Assembly: GCA_001724265.1 (NCBI GenBank) | Contig: MEDY01000269.1 | Coordinates: 1 to 42,266, forward strand | Reading direction: 5' to 3' | Length of the DNA: 42,266 nucleotides | Source of the DNA: Rhizaria sp. SCN 62-66 | Lineage: Eukaryota | Part shown: one piece after another, positions 23,113 through 36,100 of the stretch | How positions within the stretch are numbered: position 1 is the stretch's first letter | Layout: each line of letters begins with the position of its first letter | Notes under the pieces: generated by a model | Seen by the model: only the letters and a program-made list of their open reading frames with translations | Databases searched by the model: none | What the model was told of the DNA's origin: nothing | Position numbers and translations under genes: made by a program

Positions 23113-24599
23113 ATGTTCGCTTCCAAGCGCGCTGTGAGCACCGTCGTCAAGCGGTGCATGTCCACCAAGGCCATCGCCGACACCGACATCTGCATCGTGT
23201 CCGCCGTGCGCACCCCGCTGGGCTCGTTCGGCGGCGGCCTCGCGTCGCTGACGGGCGTGCAGCTGGGCTCGCACGCCATCGCGGCCGCCGTCGAGCGCGC
23301 CGGCGTGTCGCCCGTCGACGTCTCTGAGGTCATCATGGGCAACGTGCTCTCGGCCAACCTGGGCCAGGCCCCCGCGCGCCAGGCCGCGATCGGCGCCAAG
23401 CTGCCCGAGGCCACCGTGTGCACCACCGTCAACAAGGTCTGCTCCTCGGGTCTCAAGACGATCATGTACGCGGCCAACGAGATTGCGCTTGGCAACTCTG
23501 ACATCGTCGTCGCCGGCGGCTTCGAGTCCATGTCCAACGCGCCCTACTACGCGCCCGCGCTGCGCAACGGCGCGCGCATCGGCGACACGCAGATGCTCGA
23601 CGGGCTTATGAAGGACGGCCTCACCGACCCCTACGGCAAGTACCCCATGGGCAACTGCGCCGAGGTGTGCGCCGACGAGATGAGTTTCTCTCGCGCCGAC
23701 CAGGTACGCCGACGAAAACAATGATATCCACGTCGCTTTATCAATTTACGTAGTATAACGCTTATTTTATATCTTTAAATTGCACTACTTGATTGTCTCT
23801 TGCACTAGAACATGTGTTCAAATAATGCATTTCTCACTCTATATGTTTTTCTTTCATATTCTTGCCATTCGATTCATTCTCTCTTGCATCCGTTTGTTCC
23901 GCGTTTATTTTGTAGGACGCCTATGCCGAGGAGTCTTACCGCCGCGCGCAGGCGGCCATCACCGCGGGCAAGTTCGTGTCCGAGATCGCCCCCGTGACGA
24001 TCGCGGGCAAGAAGGGCGCCGTGACCGTGGCCGCGGATGAGGAGGCCTTCAAGGTCGACTTCTCCAAGATCTCCTCGCTCCGTCCCGCGTTCAAGCACCC
24101 CACGAAGCCCGAGGCGCCGCTCACGGTCACCGCGGCCAACGCGTCCGTGCTGTCTGACGGCGCGGCGGCGCTGGTGCTCTGCTCCGGCAAGACCGCCAAG
24201 GCCAAGGGGCTGACGGTGCGCGCGCGCGTGCTTGGCCACGCGGACCACGAGCAGGCGCCCGTGTGGTTCACCACTGCGCCCGCCAAGGCGATCCCCAAGG
24301 CGCTGGCTAAGGCGGGCGTGAAGATCGAGCAGGTCGACAAGTTCGAGGTCAACGAGGCCTTCTCGGTCGTCGCGCTGGCCAACCGCAAGCTGCTCAACAT
24401 CGACCCCGCCAAGATCAACGTCTACGGCGGCGCCGTCTCGCTGGGCCACCCGCTCGGCGCCTCGGGCGCGCGCATCGTCGTCACGCTGCTCTCGGCGCTC
24501 AAGCAGGAGAAGGTCAACGGCGGCTCCGGCATCGGCGTCGCGGGCATCTGCAACGGCGGCGGCGGCGCCTCGGCCATCGTCATCGAGTCCCTGGAGTAA
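23113..24599 (+). CDS. ACAT1: Acetyl-CoA acetyltransferase (thiolase II, ACAT1/ERG10 type), probably mitochondrial; exons 23113-23703 and 23916-24599, about 424 aa
   Basis: RTPLGSFGG, GQAPARQA, catalytic NKVCSSG, GGFESMSN, NEAF, GHPLGASG, CNGGGG; Arg/Ser/Lys-rich presequence MFASKRAVSTVVKRCMS; TAA stop. Confidence 0.95.
23704..23915 (+). other. Spliceosomal intron (212 nt, phase 0) of thiolase
   Basis: CAG|GTACGC ... TTTTGTAG|GAC; splicing restores SRADQ-DAYAEESYRRA. Confidence 0.92.
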
Positions 24600-24616
24600 G
24601 CGAAGCGGGCGAATGA

Positions 24617-24648
24617 GCGAGTCAGCGAGTCGGCGAGTCAGTGAGCCG
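24617..24648 (+). repeat. Short tandem 8-mer (AGCGAGTC-like) x4 in thiolase 3' UTR
   Basis: agcgagtc agcgagtc ggcgagtc agtgagcc. Confidence 0.65.
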
Positions 24649-24929
24649 GTAACGGCGATGACGCGAGCGTGATAATCGCGTGATAGTGGCGTGCCGATAT
24701 CCCGATTGACGGCATGCGTGTGCTGTGTGAACGAACGAACGAATCTTCTTTCTTGTGATATTTATACAAATCAAACGTTTTTATAACAACAAGAGAACTT
24801 GTTGTTCATAAGATTCGATAAAATTGTATTCGTAAATAGCTCTACTGTAAATAGTTTAGTTTGTTTGAAAAATCAAATAATGCGCGATGACAAAGCGCAA
24901 ACAAGCTGTTGCACATTGTCCCCTTTCGT

Positions 24930-27900
24930 TTAGCGTTTGTTGTCGCTCACGAAGAAGTTGTTAAGGTAGCTGGCCACCTTCTCGAAGCGCCACTCCGGGT
25001 GCCACGCGCACTGCGCCTGCTGCTGCTTCATCTTACCGTCGCTGTCGCCGCTGTTCTCCTCACCGTCGTCATCGCTATACTCGACGCCGCTCTCGGCGTC
25101 CGCCACCGCCGCGGCCGCCGCGGCCGCCGCGCTGGCCTCGGCCTCTGCGGCCGCTGCGGGGCAATGCGCGGGCCTGCGCTGCGCCCAGCGGCAGTCCCTG
25201 CACGCGGCCTGCGAGGGAAAGAGCGCCTTGGGGAAGACGGGGTCGCCGGCGCGGTGCGCGGCCTCGACCCCGTGCAGGCGCTCGTTGACGCTGTTGTGGG
25301 TCGCCCATAGCCACAACGCGAGCTGCGCAGACGGCAGCCGCACCTCGGCCGCCGCCGCCGCCTCGAGCGAGACCGGTCCGCCCACTGCCGCCCCGGCGGG
25401 GCCGTTGCCGGTGTCGGCAGCGGGAGGGTCTGGGCGGGTGCGCGAGGGGGCGAAGAGGGGGGCGAAGGCTAGCAGCGGCACGTGCGCGTTGCGCGAATAG
25501 CCCAGGAAGTGTGTGCGGCACTCGTTGCAGAGGAAGAAGTGCGTCAGATACGCGCGCACAGTGTGCATGAAGCTGGCCACGGGCGCCGCGCCACCAGCCG
25601 TTGCCGCCGTCATCGCCGCCGCCGCAGCATGGAGACCGCTCCCGCTGCCGACCGGGGTGGCCGAGGTGTGGGATGCGAGCGCGGCGGCGGCGACGGCGGT
25701 CTCCTGCCCGCGCGGCCAGCGGTGCGCGGCGCCGTGTAGCGTCAGCCAGAGCCCGCAGGTGTACCCGCGCGTGTGCGCGAGGGACCCGCGGCACTGGCGC
25801 CAACGGCCGGCCTCCCAGTCCGCCCACGCGCGCCCGCCCAGCTGCCAGGAGCCGGGGAACTCGGCCAGCGCGGCCGCGGGCGCCGCGGCGGGCGCCGTGG
25901 CGGACCGCAGCCCGGCCGGCGTCCACAAGTGGGCCTGGCCGGCGAGCGCGCCGGGGACGTCGCGGCCGCCCGCGCCGAGACCCAGCACGTTGTCTGGGTG
26001 CGGCGGCGGCACATACCGGTGCAGCGACCCGCGCAGCACGGCGAGCGAATGCCGCAGCGCGGGCGCGGCGTCGGGCGTGGCCGTGGAGAGCACGAGCAGC
26101 ATGTGCGAGAGCGACTCGTAGCACGACGTGGCGTGAAGCAGCGCGGCGTCCTCGCGCGCGCTGAGCAGCCCCGCGCGGTACTGCACCCACCACGCTTCGC
26201 CGTCGTCCACCGCAACCGCGTCCGTAGACTCGGACTGCGAGTCCGCCGCAGAATCAGAGTCAGAGCGCGCGGCTGCGGCTGCTGCAGAGGCGGAGGCGGC
26301 AGCGACCTGGGAAGTGAAGGACGGGCTGGCGAGGGCGGCGACGGCGGCCAGTACCGTCGTCGCGTTCCCGGTCACGACCCCGACCCGCGCACTCGCAATG
26401 GCAGCCGCAGCCGCGCTCTTACTATTAGTGTTGGGGAAGAGGACCGAGAGCGAAGGCACCGGCACCGGCGCGGGCGCGCCGTTGCCGTCGGTCTTGCGAC
26501 TATTTCCGAGCGCGGCCGCGGCCGCGGCGGCAACGGCCTCGACGTCCGCGGCGGGCTCGGCCTGCGCGGCCCTCGCCGCCGCATCGACCGCCGCCGCCGC
26601 CGCCATGGTGCCCGTGGTGCCGTCGCGCAGCGCGCTGAGCAGGCGCAGCGCGGCGCCTGCGGCGGCGGCGCGCGTAGAGGTGACGCGGCCGCCCAGCGCC
26701 GCGCGCCGCAGCGCCGCCTGCAACACGCCTTCCACAGCGGCGGCAGCGCTGGGGGCAGCGCTGGCGGCGGCGGCGGCGGCGGAGCGCGCGAGGGTAGAGG
26801 TGCCGCTGGCGTGGGAGCCGAACTGGGCGTTGAAGTCGGCCATCTTGACCGCGCAGGCCGGGACCGCCTCGCGCAGCGCGATGGAGAGGTACAGACTCGA
26901 GTCGAAGGTCGAGGCCACGGGCGGGTACCCATCCGCGAGCGTCGCCGGACGGGACTCGGCCTCTGCAGACTGCGAAGGCGACTGCGACGGCGACTGTGAG
27001 CTCGCACTGGGGAGCTGGGTCGCCGGCAGCAGCACGGGCGCCGCACTGGCACTCGGGTTAACGCTCGCAGTATTGGCGTTGGCCGCGGTGTTTGACGCGG
27101 CGTGCGCCTGCTTCTCAACCGTGGCGGCGACCATGGCGTCGAACTCGGCCTCACTGTGCAGGATCCCCGCTGCGAGCGGTAGGGTGCGCGCGCCGCCCGC
27201 CGCGGCCAGGAACCGGTGCGCGGTGAGGCGGTGGCGCGACCAGCCCTCTGTGGCGGCCGCCGCGGCCGGGTCGGCCGGCGCGGGCGCCCAGGGCAGCCGC
27301 AGCAGCGGGGAAGGCGCGAGGCCCAGCGCGGACCGGCGAGGCGAAAGACTGGGACCGCCAGTCTGCGCCTGCGCCTGCAACGGTGACTGAGACTGAGACT
27401 GAGACGCTGCGGCGGTGGCGGTGTTGACCGGCAGGGGCGCGGGCGCGGCGAGCGCGCGCGTGACGGCGCTGTAAAACCGGTCGCCGACCCGCGCCGCGCT
27501 CGCCGACTGACCGGGAGCGTCCGCAGAGTGGCCGTGGGCGGCGGAGGACGCGTGCACGTCGGGCGGCGGCGCGGCCGAGGCGGCGGCAAGCGGGCCCACG
27601 AAGGGGTCATGGAGCAACGCCACTGCGGCCGCCAGCGCGAGCCGCGCGCCCACGGTCACGTTCTGCGCCAACACGCCGCTCGCGAGGACGCTGGCGCTGT
27701 CGCCAAGGGCCACAGCGAGGGGGAAGGACAGCTCGCGCGAAGGCAGCAGCGGCGTCGCGGGCGTGGGCTGCGACGCCACGTGCACGTGCCGGGCACTGAC
27801 ACCGCCCGCGCCGGGGGAGCTGAGACCGCTCGCGAGCGCGGCCGCGACGGCGGTGGCGAAGGACGCGGCCGGCGCGCCAACATTGTGCACGCCGACGCTG

Positions 27901-30900
27901 TGCGCAGCGCCGGTGCTGCCGGCGGCGCCCTCGCTCGCCGTGAAGTTGGCAGACGGCAGGGGCAGGTAGTGGGCCCGGAGCCGCGCCGCCGCGGCCGCCG
28001 CCGCGCCCCAGGTCAGCTGCGCGCGCGCGTAGGCGGTGAGCGACCTGACGCGGGCCGGCGCAGGGCGGCCTGGCTGAGCGAAGTCTCCGTCGTCATCGTC
28101 GTCGTCGTCGTCGTCGCTGTCGCCGTCGAGCTCGCTGCGGCCGCCCTCCTCGTCGTCCTGGCCGTCGCCGCTGCCACTGCCGGGCTTAGCGTAGCGCCAG
28201 AGCATGCCATCCTCTGCGACCGCCGCGCGCGCCATGAGCTCGCCGACGGTCTCCAGCACGCCCTCGGCCGACCGCTCACCCGGCAGCGTCAGCGGCGTCA
28301 GCGCCAGCGGCAGCGCACGCGGCGCCGCCGAGCCCACCGTCGCGGCCCTCATCGCCCGACCGCCGGAGCCGTCAGCGGTGGTGCCCGGCGCCGAGGACGA
28401 GGAGGAGGACGAGGTAACTGCGCTGCCCACAGTCGCCGTCGCCGTCGCCGTCGCCGTCTTAGGGTTCGCGCCAGCGCCAGCGCGTGGCAGCGCGGCGGTG
28501 GGCGCAACGTGGGTGGTGTAGGACGCCGCAGCGAAGACCTTGGCCACGGACGAAAGGCCCGCGGCGACGACGCCGCCCGCGCTGGGGGCCAGCGCGGGGT
28601 CCCACGTGTTAAAGTAGGTGAATCCGGGCGCGAAGTCGCTCCCGGCGGCCTCCGCGACGGCCCCCGCGGTGCCCGCGCCAAAGCCGCCGTCGGCCCCAGA
28701 GCCAGAGCCAGCACTCGAGACGGACACAGTGCGCCCCTGAGACTGCGCCTGCGCCTGTGAGTGGAACTGCGCGGCCATGGCGGCGGCGAGCTCTGCGTCG
28801 GCGGCGTCGGTTTCCCGCGTCCGCGGCCGCTGGTCGCGCGCGACAACAAAGCCCTGCGGGACCCAAGCCACGCCCGCGGCGGCGGCCGTCAGCGGCGTGT
28901 GCGCGAAGCCGTTCTCGGCGAACTCAAGCGCGGCCTGCCACACGTCAGCGGGCGCGACCAGCAGGGCGGGGTAACCGCGGATCTGGAACAGCTCGCACAG
29001 CGAGGCGCCGGAGCCGGCGCAGTGGACCTTGGCGATGCGTACGGCGCCGCGGCGCCGCGTGTTGAGCGCCGCGCCGAGCCGCTCGACGGAGCGCGCAAAG
29101 CGTTGGCAGTGGCCGCACCACTTGGCGTAAAACTCAACCACGACCCACGGCCGCACGCGCCACTGGGCCGGCGCGGTACTGGTGACGGTACTCGTGACTG
29201 TGGTGGTGGTGCCTGTGGGTGAAGCCGGGCGCTTGTTGTTGTTGTTCGTGCGATGGTTCGCGAGCGAAAAGGGCGAGAGTGCAGGGAAGAGGCTCAGAGG
29301 CGGGTTTTGCACCGCGAAATCTGACTGCCAGTCAGCAGCAGCAGCAGAAGAAGAAGCAGCAGCGGAAGCGGAAGCGGGTAGCTCGGTGAAGAGCGTGGGG
29401 CTCTCTGTGTACAGCCTGTTGACCGCAGTGTTGTTGCCGTCAAACAAAGAGAACGGCTTGACAACAGGCCACACGCTCTGGCTATGGTCATCGCGGCTCT
29501 GGGCCGCGGTCACGGCCGCGGCGGTCACGGCGGCGGCGACAGCGGCGGCGGCGGACGGCAGCGCCCGCTCGGCCTCCGCAGCGGCCTCGGCGCCTGCGGC
29601 CAGCACGGCGGCGTAGCGCGCCAGCGCGGCCCGCTGCGCCGCCGTCTCTGGCCCGCCCGTGCCCGCCGCGGCCGCCGCGGCGGCGCGAGCAGTCTTGGCG
29701 TTGTCGCTCACGGGCGCGGGCGCGGCGGCCGCGGCGGCCAACGCGGCGGCGACGTCGGCGGCGGGGACAAAGGCGGCGTCGGCAAGGATGGCGGCGAAGA
29801 CGGCGCGCGCGGTGGGGAGCGTGAGCTTGGGCACCCAGAGTGCAGGGAAGAGGTTCTCGCTCGGGTCGCCCAGCGCCGACTTGGGCACCTTTGGGGGAGA
29901 TATTCGTTGCGATATAAGCCAATAGTGATGATAAAATAATGAATTTGTGTTATAAATATTATCTAATCAGAATAAATACAAGAATTAAAGCCTGTGACAC
30001 TAACTTCGTAGAGATATAGTCCATATTGTGTTTTGTGATAAAACTTCGTGACGTACGATGAACTGGGGCCCGAACTGCGACTGGTGCCGATACAGCACCG
30101 GCCGCTCCCCTCCGCCGCTGCCGCTGCTGTCGCCCGCAGTCGCCGCAACGGCCGGGGCCGGGGATGAGGAGAAGCCGTAGAGTGCGGCCTCGGCAGCAGC
30201 GTCTGCGTCGTCGCCGCCGGCACCGCCGCTGGAGCTGAGGTAGCTGCCGATACCGCCGCCAGCGCCAGCGCCAGCGCCAGCGCCAGCGCCGGTGCCAGTG
30301 GAGGCGGGGCCTTGCTCGAGCAGGGCGCTGAGCGCGGCGCCGGCGGCCACGTCCGCGGCGCCCTGCGAGGGCCCATAGTAGGCCCCCCCCCCACTATGGG
30401 CGCCGGCGGGGAGCGGCGCGAGCGGTTTGGGGAGGAAGACAACGAGCGCGGCCCACGTCAGCGTGCCCAGCAACAGCGCGGCGGCGACAGCGCCCGCAAT
30501 GATCAGCCCCATCGACGACGACGACGACGACGCCAAGACACCGTTGCCGCCGTTGCCGTTGCCGTTGCGGCCGCGGCCGACGCGGCGGCGGCCAGCAGCG
30601 CTGCCAGCGACGCCGGGGGCCCCTGCGGCCCCGGCTGCGGCGGCTGCGGTGAGGTTCGTGGTCGAGTTGGGCCCGTAGCCGGCGCCGAGCGGGCTGAGCG
30701 CGACGCCGGTGCCGCTGAGCGAGCCGGGCAGCAGGCCTGAGGCTGACACGGAGGCCGCGGAGTTTGAGTGACCGTGGGCAGAGTGACCGTGGGCGGCGGG
30801 CGGCGGGGAGGAGGCCCGCGAGCGGACGAGGTGGGCGCTGGCGTTGGAGCTGTTGAGGACGCTGTTGGCGCCGTGCGGCACCACGTTGTTCACGCCGAAC

Positions 30901-31769
30901 TGACCGTGGGCCGCCGAGTGACCGTGGGCGGCCGAGAGCGGGCTCGCGGTGGCGGTGGTGGCCGCAGACGTGGTCGAGTGGCTGTGGGCAGTGGAGCCTG
31001 TGTGGCTGTGGCTCGGTGGCGATAAGATGGCAGCTGCGCCGGCCAAGGGCGTGTACGTGCCTTCGTCGTTGGTGCAAGTGCCATCGTTGTGAGTGTAAGC
31101 GTGCGTGTTAGTACCGCCCAGAGCGGCTGTGCCGAAGGGCGTGTAAGGGGTCGCCGCGCCCCCGGCTAAGGGGGTAGTCAGCCCCCCAAAAAGGCCACTT
31201 GCATTGCCGTTGAGCCCCCCGTTCAAACCACCGAGATTGTTGCTGCTGTTATGCAAGAGAGAGCCTGTCTCCGTGTCCGTCTCGTTGCCGGCGCCGGCGC
31301 CGTACCCGTACCCACTCGCACTGTACTCGCCACTACTGCGCGCAGCACTGACGGCAACGGTGCTAGCGGCGCCGCTGCCGCTGCCGCTGCCTGCGTGACC
31401 GTGATTGAGGACCGGGACTGGCGCAGCCGCGGGGAACGCGACGTGCGCCGCGGGCCGCTGCACCGGCGGCGACGGCAGCACAAACGGGTTCGCAGCGGGC
31501 ACGCCGCCCGTCCCCGTAGCGGCCGGGATACCGGCAGCAGCGGCCGCCGGCGCAGCGGGCGCAGCGGAGGCAGAGGCGGAGGCTGTTGCGGGGGGAGTGG
31601 GCATGGGGGCGGAGGCTGTGAACGGGGACGCAATGGATCCGTTGGCGCGGGACGGCGACGGGGGACGCGCAGAGGCCGCGGTTGGAGCGCCTGGCGCGCC
31701 GGGGGCGCTGGAGGCGCCGGGGGTGGGTGGGAAAGCCGTGGGGATTGGCTGGTTTGTGAAGGGATTCAT
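24930..31769 (-). CDS. QSOX: Quiescin sulfhydryl oxidase (thioredoxin + Erv/ALR), greatly expanded; exons 31769-30057 and 29888-24930, about 2223 aa
   Basis: VVEFYAKWCGHCQRFA (29106-29120), CELFQIRGYPAL, CRGSLAHTRGYTCGLWLTLH, FFLCNECRTHF (25518-25529), LWLWATHNSVNERL, DPVFPKALFPSQAACRDC; TAA stop. Joining of exon 1 is inferred from splice signals. Confidence 0.9.
29889..30056 (-). other. Spliceosomal intron (168 nt, phase 0) of QSOX
   Basis: ATC|GTACGT ... CCCCCAAAG|GTG; AT-rich island between two in-frame GC-rich ORFs. Confidence 0.8.
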
Positions 31770-32488
31770 TCGGGGTGGCTGGCAGCTGCTGGGGCGCAGT
31801 GCTGTAGCGGGTCACAAACTCAGCTGCAAGGAGTTGAAATGTTACTATAGAGTTTTAACTGTGCCTTTGTAGCGGCAAGAGAGGAATAGAAACCAGGAAC
31901 GGGTTGTTTGAGAGTAGGTCGGCGAAGGAATAGCGAAGTGAAGGGAAGTTGTTGATGTTTTGCTGTTAAGCAAAAAAAGACGCTGTATCTCATTAACACA
32001 ATGAGTTTTCCAGATATAAATTGAAATACAAGCATTTAATAAAAATTAAATATATAATAGAGAGTGATAAGTGACATTGATGATTAAATCACGAAGTAAA
32101 CTGTCTTTGCAAATGCTGACTCTGCACAATCTGACGAAGCCGCAGCAGAAGCACGCCACCACAAAGACGCACGAATTGTAGAAAATGATATCCCTTACTG
32201 TGAAATAGATGTATATAGAGTTGAAATTTAAGGCGCCGCAACTGATTATAGATGTGAAATATTATAGTCTAGCAAAAACTGTGTATGACTTGTTTTATTC
32301 GTTGAAATCATACGTTTTATGAAGTGTCACCTTGTGGTTAAGCGCGCTGCCTCTGCAGCAGTGACAGCACAAGGCGCGCGCTTGGCTGCATGAACAGGCC
32401 CTGGTCAGAAAGCCGCGCAACAGCTGTGTACGGTGGCTGCGCGGTGAAGACTCAGGTTCTAGTAGGAGGACGCCAGAGTGCTGAGACG

Positions 32489-32887
32489 TCACTCCAACAC
32501 TTCAACATACTTAGTGCTGCTCGTTTGGCCAGCCACGATCACGACCTAAACGCGACAAAAGCAAACAAAGCGAACAAATTGGAATAGTTTAGCGCAACGC
32601 ATCATGTATATACCATTATGCACGTTAGTTATGGGAAGATTATGGCGCAAGAGTGTCGGACGAGAGAGAGGAAGCGACGAGCCTCGAGATACAAGATGGG
32701 GAAAGCAGGGGTTACGGACCTTACTCTTAGGTTTAGAGAAATGCTTAGCAAGTGCCTCAATGACGGCCTTGTTGGCAGCGCCGTCAACGGGTGGTGATGT
32801 GACGTGGACGCGGTAGACGCCGTCAACGACCTCAACTGCAGTTCGCTTCGAGCGGGCAATCACTTTGAGCGTGATGCGTGTAGACAT
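32489..32887 (-). CDS. DUF167/UPF0235 (YggU-like) protein; exons 32887-32720 and 32545-32489, 74 aa
   Basis: VHVTSPPVDGAANKAVIEALAKHFSKPKSK joined to VVIVAGQTSSTKYVEVLE-TGA gives the family motifs PPxDGxAN and GxTSxxK. Confidence 0.9.
32546..32719 (-). other. Spliceosomal intron (174 nt, phase 0) of DUF167 gene
   Basis: AAG|GTCCGT ... TTTAG|GTC; splicing restores the domain. Confidence 0.85.
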
Positions 32888-33145
32888 CTCGAGAACACGA
32901 TGGTGGGACCGTCAATAGCTGGCGCAAATTGACACAATACTTCTTGCCACTATTTTAATATTATATTTTTAGGGTACCACTCAAAAACGTCGTTTTCTGT
33001 GTGAATACCACTTTTCAATGTTGATCCAGCTCTCGTCCGAACTTGAGAAGCCGAGCCTCACCAAGCCTTCGTCACAATTCTTCCTTCTTTTTTTTCTAAC
33101 GCATAAGCCGCGCTCCACACTAACTGCGCGTTGCTTTTACACCCA
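32888..33145. promoter_or_regulatory. Putative bidirectional promoter between DUF167 and RsmJ-like genes
   Basis: 258-bp AT-rich spacer between divergent start codons. Confidence 0.5.
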
Positions 33146-36100
33146 ATGCTTCCTGGCGCAAACGCGCGCGCGCTCTCCGCCGCCTGCGCAGCGACGGCAA
33201 CCGCTGCGGTGGCCTCCCGCGCCGCCGCAGCCAGCCTCCACTGCTCCGCGCGCGCCGAGCACTGCGAACTTACAGCGAAGCGCGCCGAGCCCGCGTCCGC
33301 GCCTATGTTTGGCCCCGCAGCGCTGCCCTGCGCGCGGCCCGGGCTCCGCGACTCGCTCCCCGCCGTAACGCACGGCTCGTCATGTTCGCGCAGTGTCGCG
33401 CAGTTCGCGACAGCCGCTTCGCATACTCTGGCCGCTTCGCGCACTCTGAGCTCTGTGACCTCTGTGAGCTCGGCGAGCGCGCCCACAAGCAGTCTAGCGG
33501 GCGCGCGCGCTCTGCTGAGCGCCCCGGCTGCGACCTTTGCGACGCTGCCGGCCCCGGCCTCGGCCTCGGCGCGCGCCGCGAGTGGCGTCGCGAGTGGCGC
33601 TGTGAATGGCGCTGCGAATGGCGCTGCGGCCGCGCTGCGGGCGGAGGGGGCCAAGACTCTCGACGGGAACAGCAGTCTGAGCAACAGTAACGCCGACGAC
33701 GACGACGAGAGCGTCGAAGGTCGCGGTGCTGCGGGCTCTGACAGCGGCAACAGGAGCTTGCACGTTGTATCTGAGCCGCTGACACTGCAATCGTCGTCCC
33801 CGTTCCCCTCCTCGCCCTTTTACGTCTCACTCTACGCCCACAGCCCCAGTCACAATGCTGCGGGTGCAGACGCCACACACTCAACGACTTCGCACAGTGC
33901 AAGTGACCGTGGGCAGCCGCAGCCGCAGCGGCAGCGGCAGCCGCCCGCGCTGGAGTGGGTGGACCTCGAGCACGCCAACAGCACTGCCGGCGCGCTCCCG
34001 CCGCCTCCTCGGCCTGATTACACTGGCAAAACTCGGAGCCTGGCTGAGTCTTCTCAGAGCGCCGGAAGCTCGTTCCGCTTGCCGTACCCGGTAGAGCTCC
34101 TCACCACCACGCTCCGCGCCCCGTCTCAGCCGGCGTTGCAGCCCGGGGAGTCGGCAGAGACCGTCGGCAGCACGGGTTCCGCCCCCATGAGTGCCGGCGC
34201 AGGGACCGTGAGCACCGCGAGTACCGCGGCGAGCACCGCAGTGAGTTCCGCGGGCGCGGTGGTGTGCGTATCGCAGCTTGCGGCCCTCACGGCCGACGTC
34301 ATGGACGTTGTCGAGGACTACCTCGACTGCATCCACGACTCGTCGCTTGCGCTGCCGCTCGCCTACACCTCGGAGCACGCCTGGGCCGCCGCGGCCGCCG
34401 CCGACGCCGCCGCCGCCGACGCCGCCGCGAATGATGTTGGTCACAGCATTAGTGAGAATGAGCGCGCTGCGAGGAACGCGATCGCGTCTATTCTCTCTCA
34501 ATCCAACGCCAATAGCGAGGACAGCAACACCGGCAACGCCGCAAGCTCCAGTGCAAGTGCGCGAGCTGAGTGCGCCGCGCTGTCCGACCCCACGTCGGCG
34601 CTGCTGTTCCTTGACCCGCGGCCGTCCGCGCTGGCGACGGCGCTGGCGACCTTCCTCGCGCTGCCGCTGCTGGCGCCGCCGCTGCTGCGCCTCTCGCCGC
34701 TGGCGCTCGCGCGTGCGTGCGGCTACAGCCCCGAGCGGCTGGGCGCGCTGCGCAGGCAGGCGCGCGCGCAGGCCCCCAAGGGCGGCAAGCTCGACGCTGA
34801 CGTCGATGGCGACGGCGATTACTTTAATCACGAGCTCGGTGCTGGTGACTATGACGCCCACGCTGCCGGCGAGACCGCTCCCGGCGAGACCGCTGCCGAC
34901 CGCGAGCTCCGCGCGCTCCCGGCCGTGAGTGACCGTGAGCGGGACCGTGAGCAGGGCCGGTTCTGCCGCCCGCGGCTCGTGGCGCGCGAGTCGTGGTCCC
35001 GCGAGCGCGCGCTGCGCTCCGAAATCGCGCGCAAGAACGTGCAGCGCAACGTCGCCGCGGCGCTGGCGCACGCGGGGGCCAGCTACGCGGTCATGGTCGA
35101 GCCGCCCCGCCAGTTCCGCAACCCGCGCCGCGACGGCGACAGCGACAACATCACTCAGAACAGTGATAATTGCAGTAGCTCGTGCGCGGCGGAGGTGAGT
35201 GGCGGCGCGGCGGCGATCGTGGAGCTCGAGACGTGTTTGCGCGCGGGCTACGTGCCGTCGTCAGTGCTGTCGCAGACGCTGGCGCAGTGCGAGGGTGGCA
35301 GCGTCTTCGCCGTGCCCATCGTCACCGCTGCCAAGGGCAAGGAAGTGACCGCGAACCTGCCCGCGCCGGCGCAGACGCTGGCGCAGTCAGTCTCACAGGT
35401 GCAGGCGCAGCTGCACGCGCAGGCGCAGGCGCAGTTGCGCCTGGTCACCGCTGCGTCGCCCGATGCCACTGTGAGCAGTGGTGGCGGCGACTACGACGGC
35501 AGCGCGGCTGCGGCCGCCCACGGCAGTGCTGTGTGCGACAGTGACGGCAAGGCGGTCAAAGGCGGAAAGCGCCTCAAGAAGCTCTTACAACAGCAGCAGC
35601 AGCAGCAGCAACAGGTGAAGAGTTATAGCGGTAAGAACAAGAAGAGCGCCGCCCCGTCTAACGCCCGCGCTGTTGCCGCAGCCGTTGAACGCGACGTTGA
35701 CGACGACGCTGATGAAGACGACGACCCTCTCGACGCTGACGACGCCGAGAAAGATGCTGACGAAGAAGAAGACAGCGAGGCCGAGGCCGCGGCGCTGGCG
35801 CTGCTGGAGGACGAGCAGGATGCCGCCCTCGAGGCGCAGCTCCGCTCTCTGCACGGCCTCGGTCGGCACAGCAGCAGCAGCAGCAGCAGCGGCGGCGGCG
35901 ATGCAGTCGGCAGCGGCGGCGGCAACGCGAGCATGTCGCTGCAGCGCTCGCACCGGTTCGGCGGCGTCATCCACGTCGACTTCGTGTCCGGGTTGGGCAG
36001 GCAGAAGCGGCTGCTGGGCAACTTCACCGCGCGCTCGCCGCTGCTGCAGTCAGTGCTGGGCCAGCGCCACGCGACGGCCGCGCGGCCCGCGGCGCCGCTC

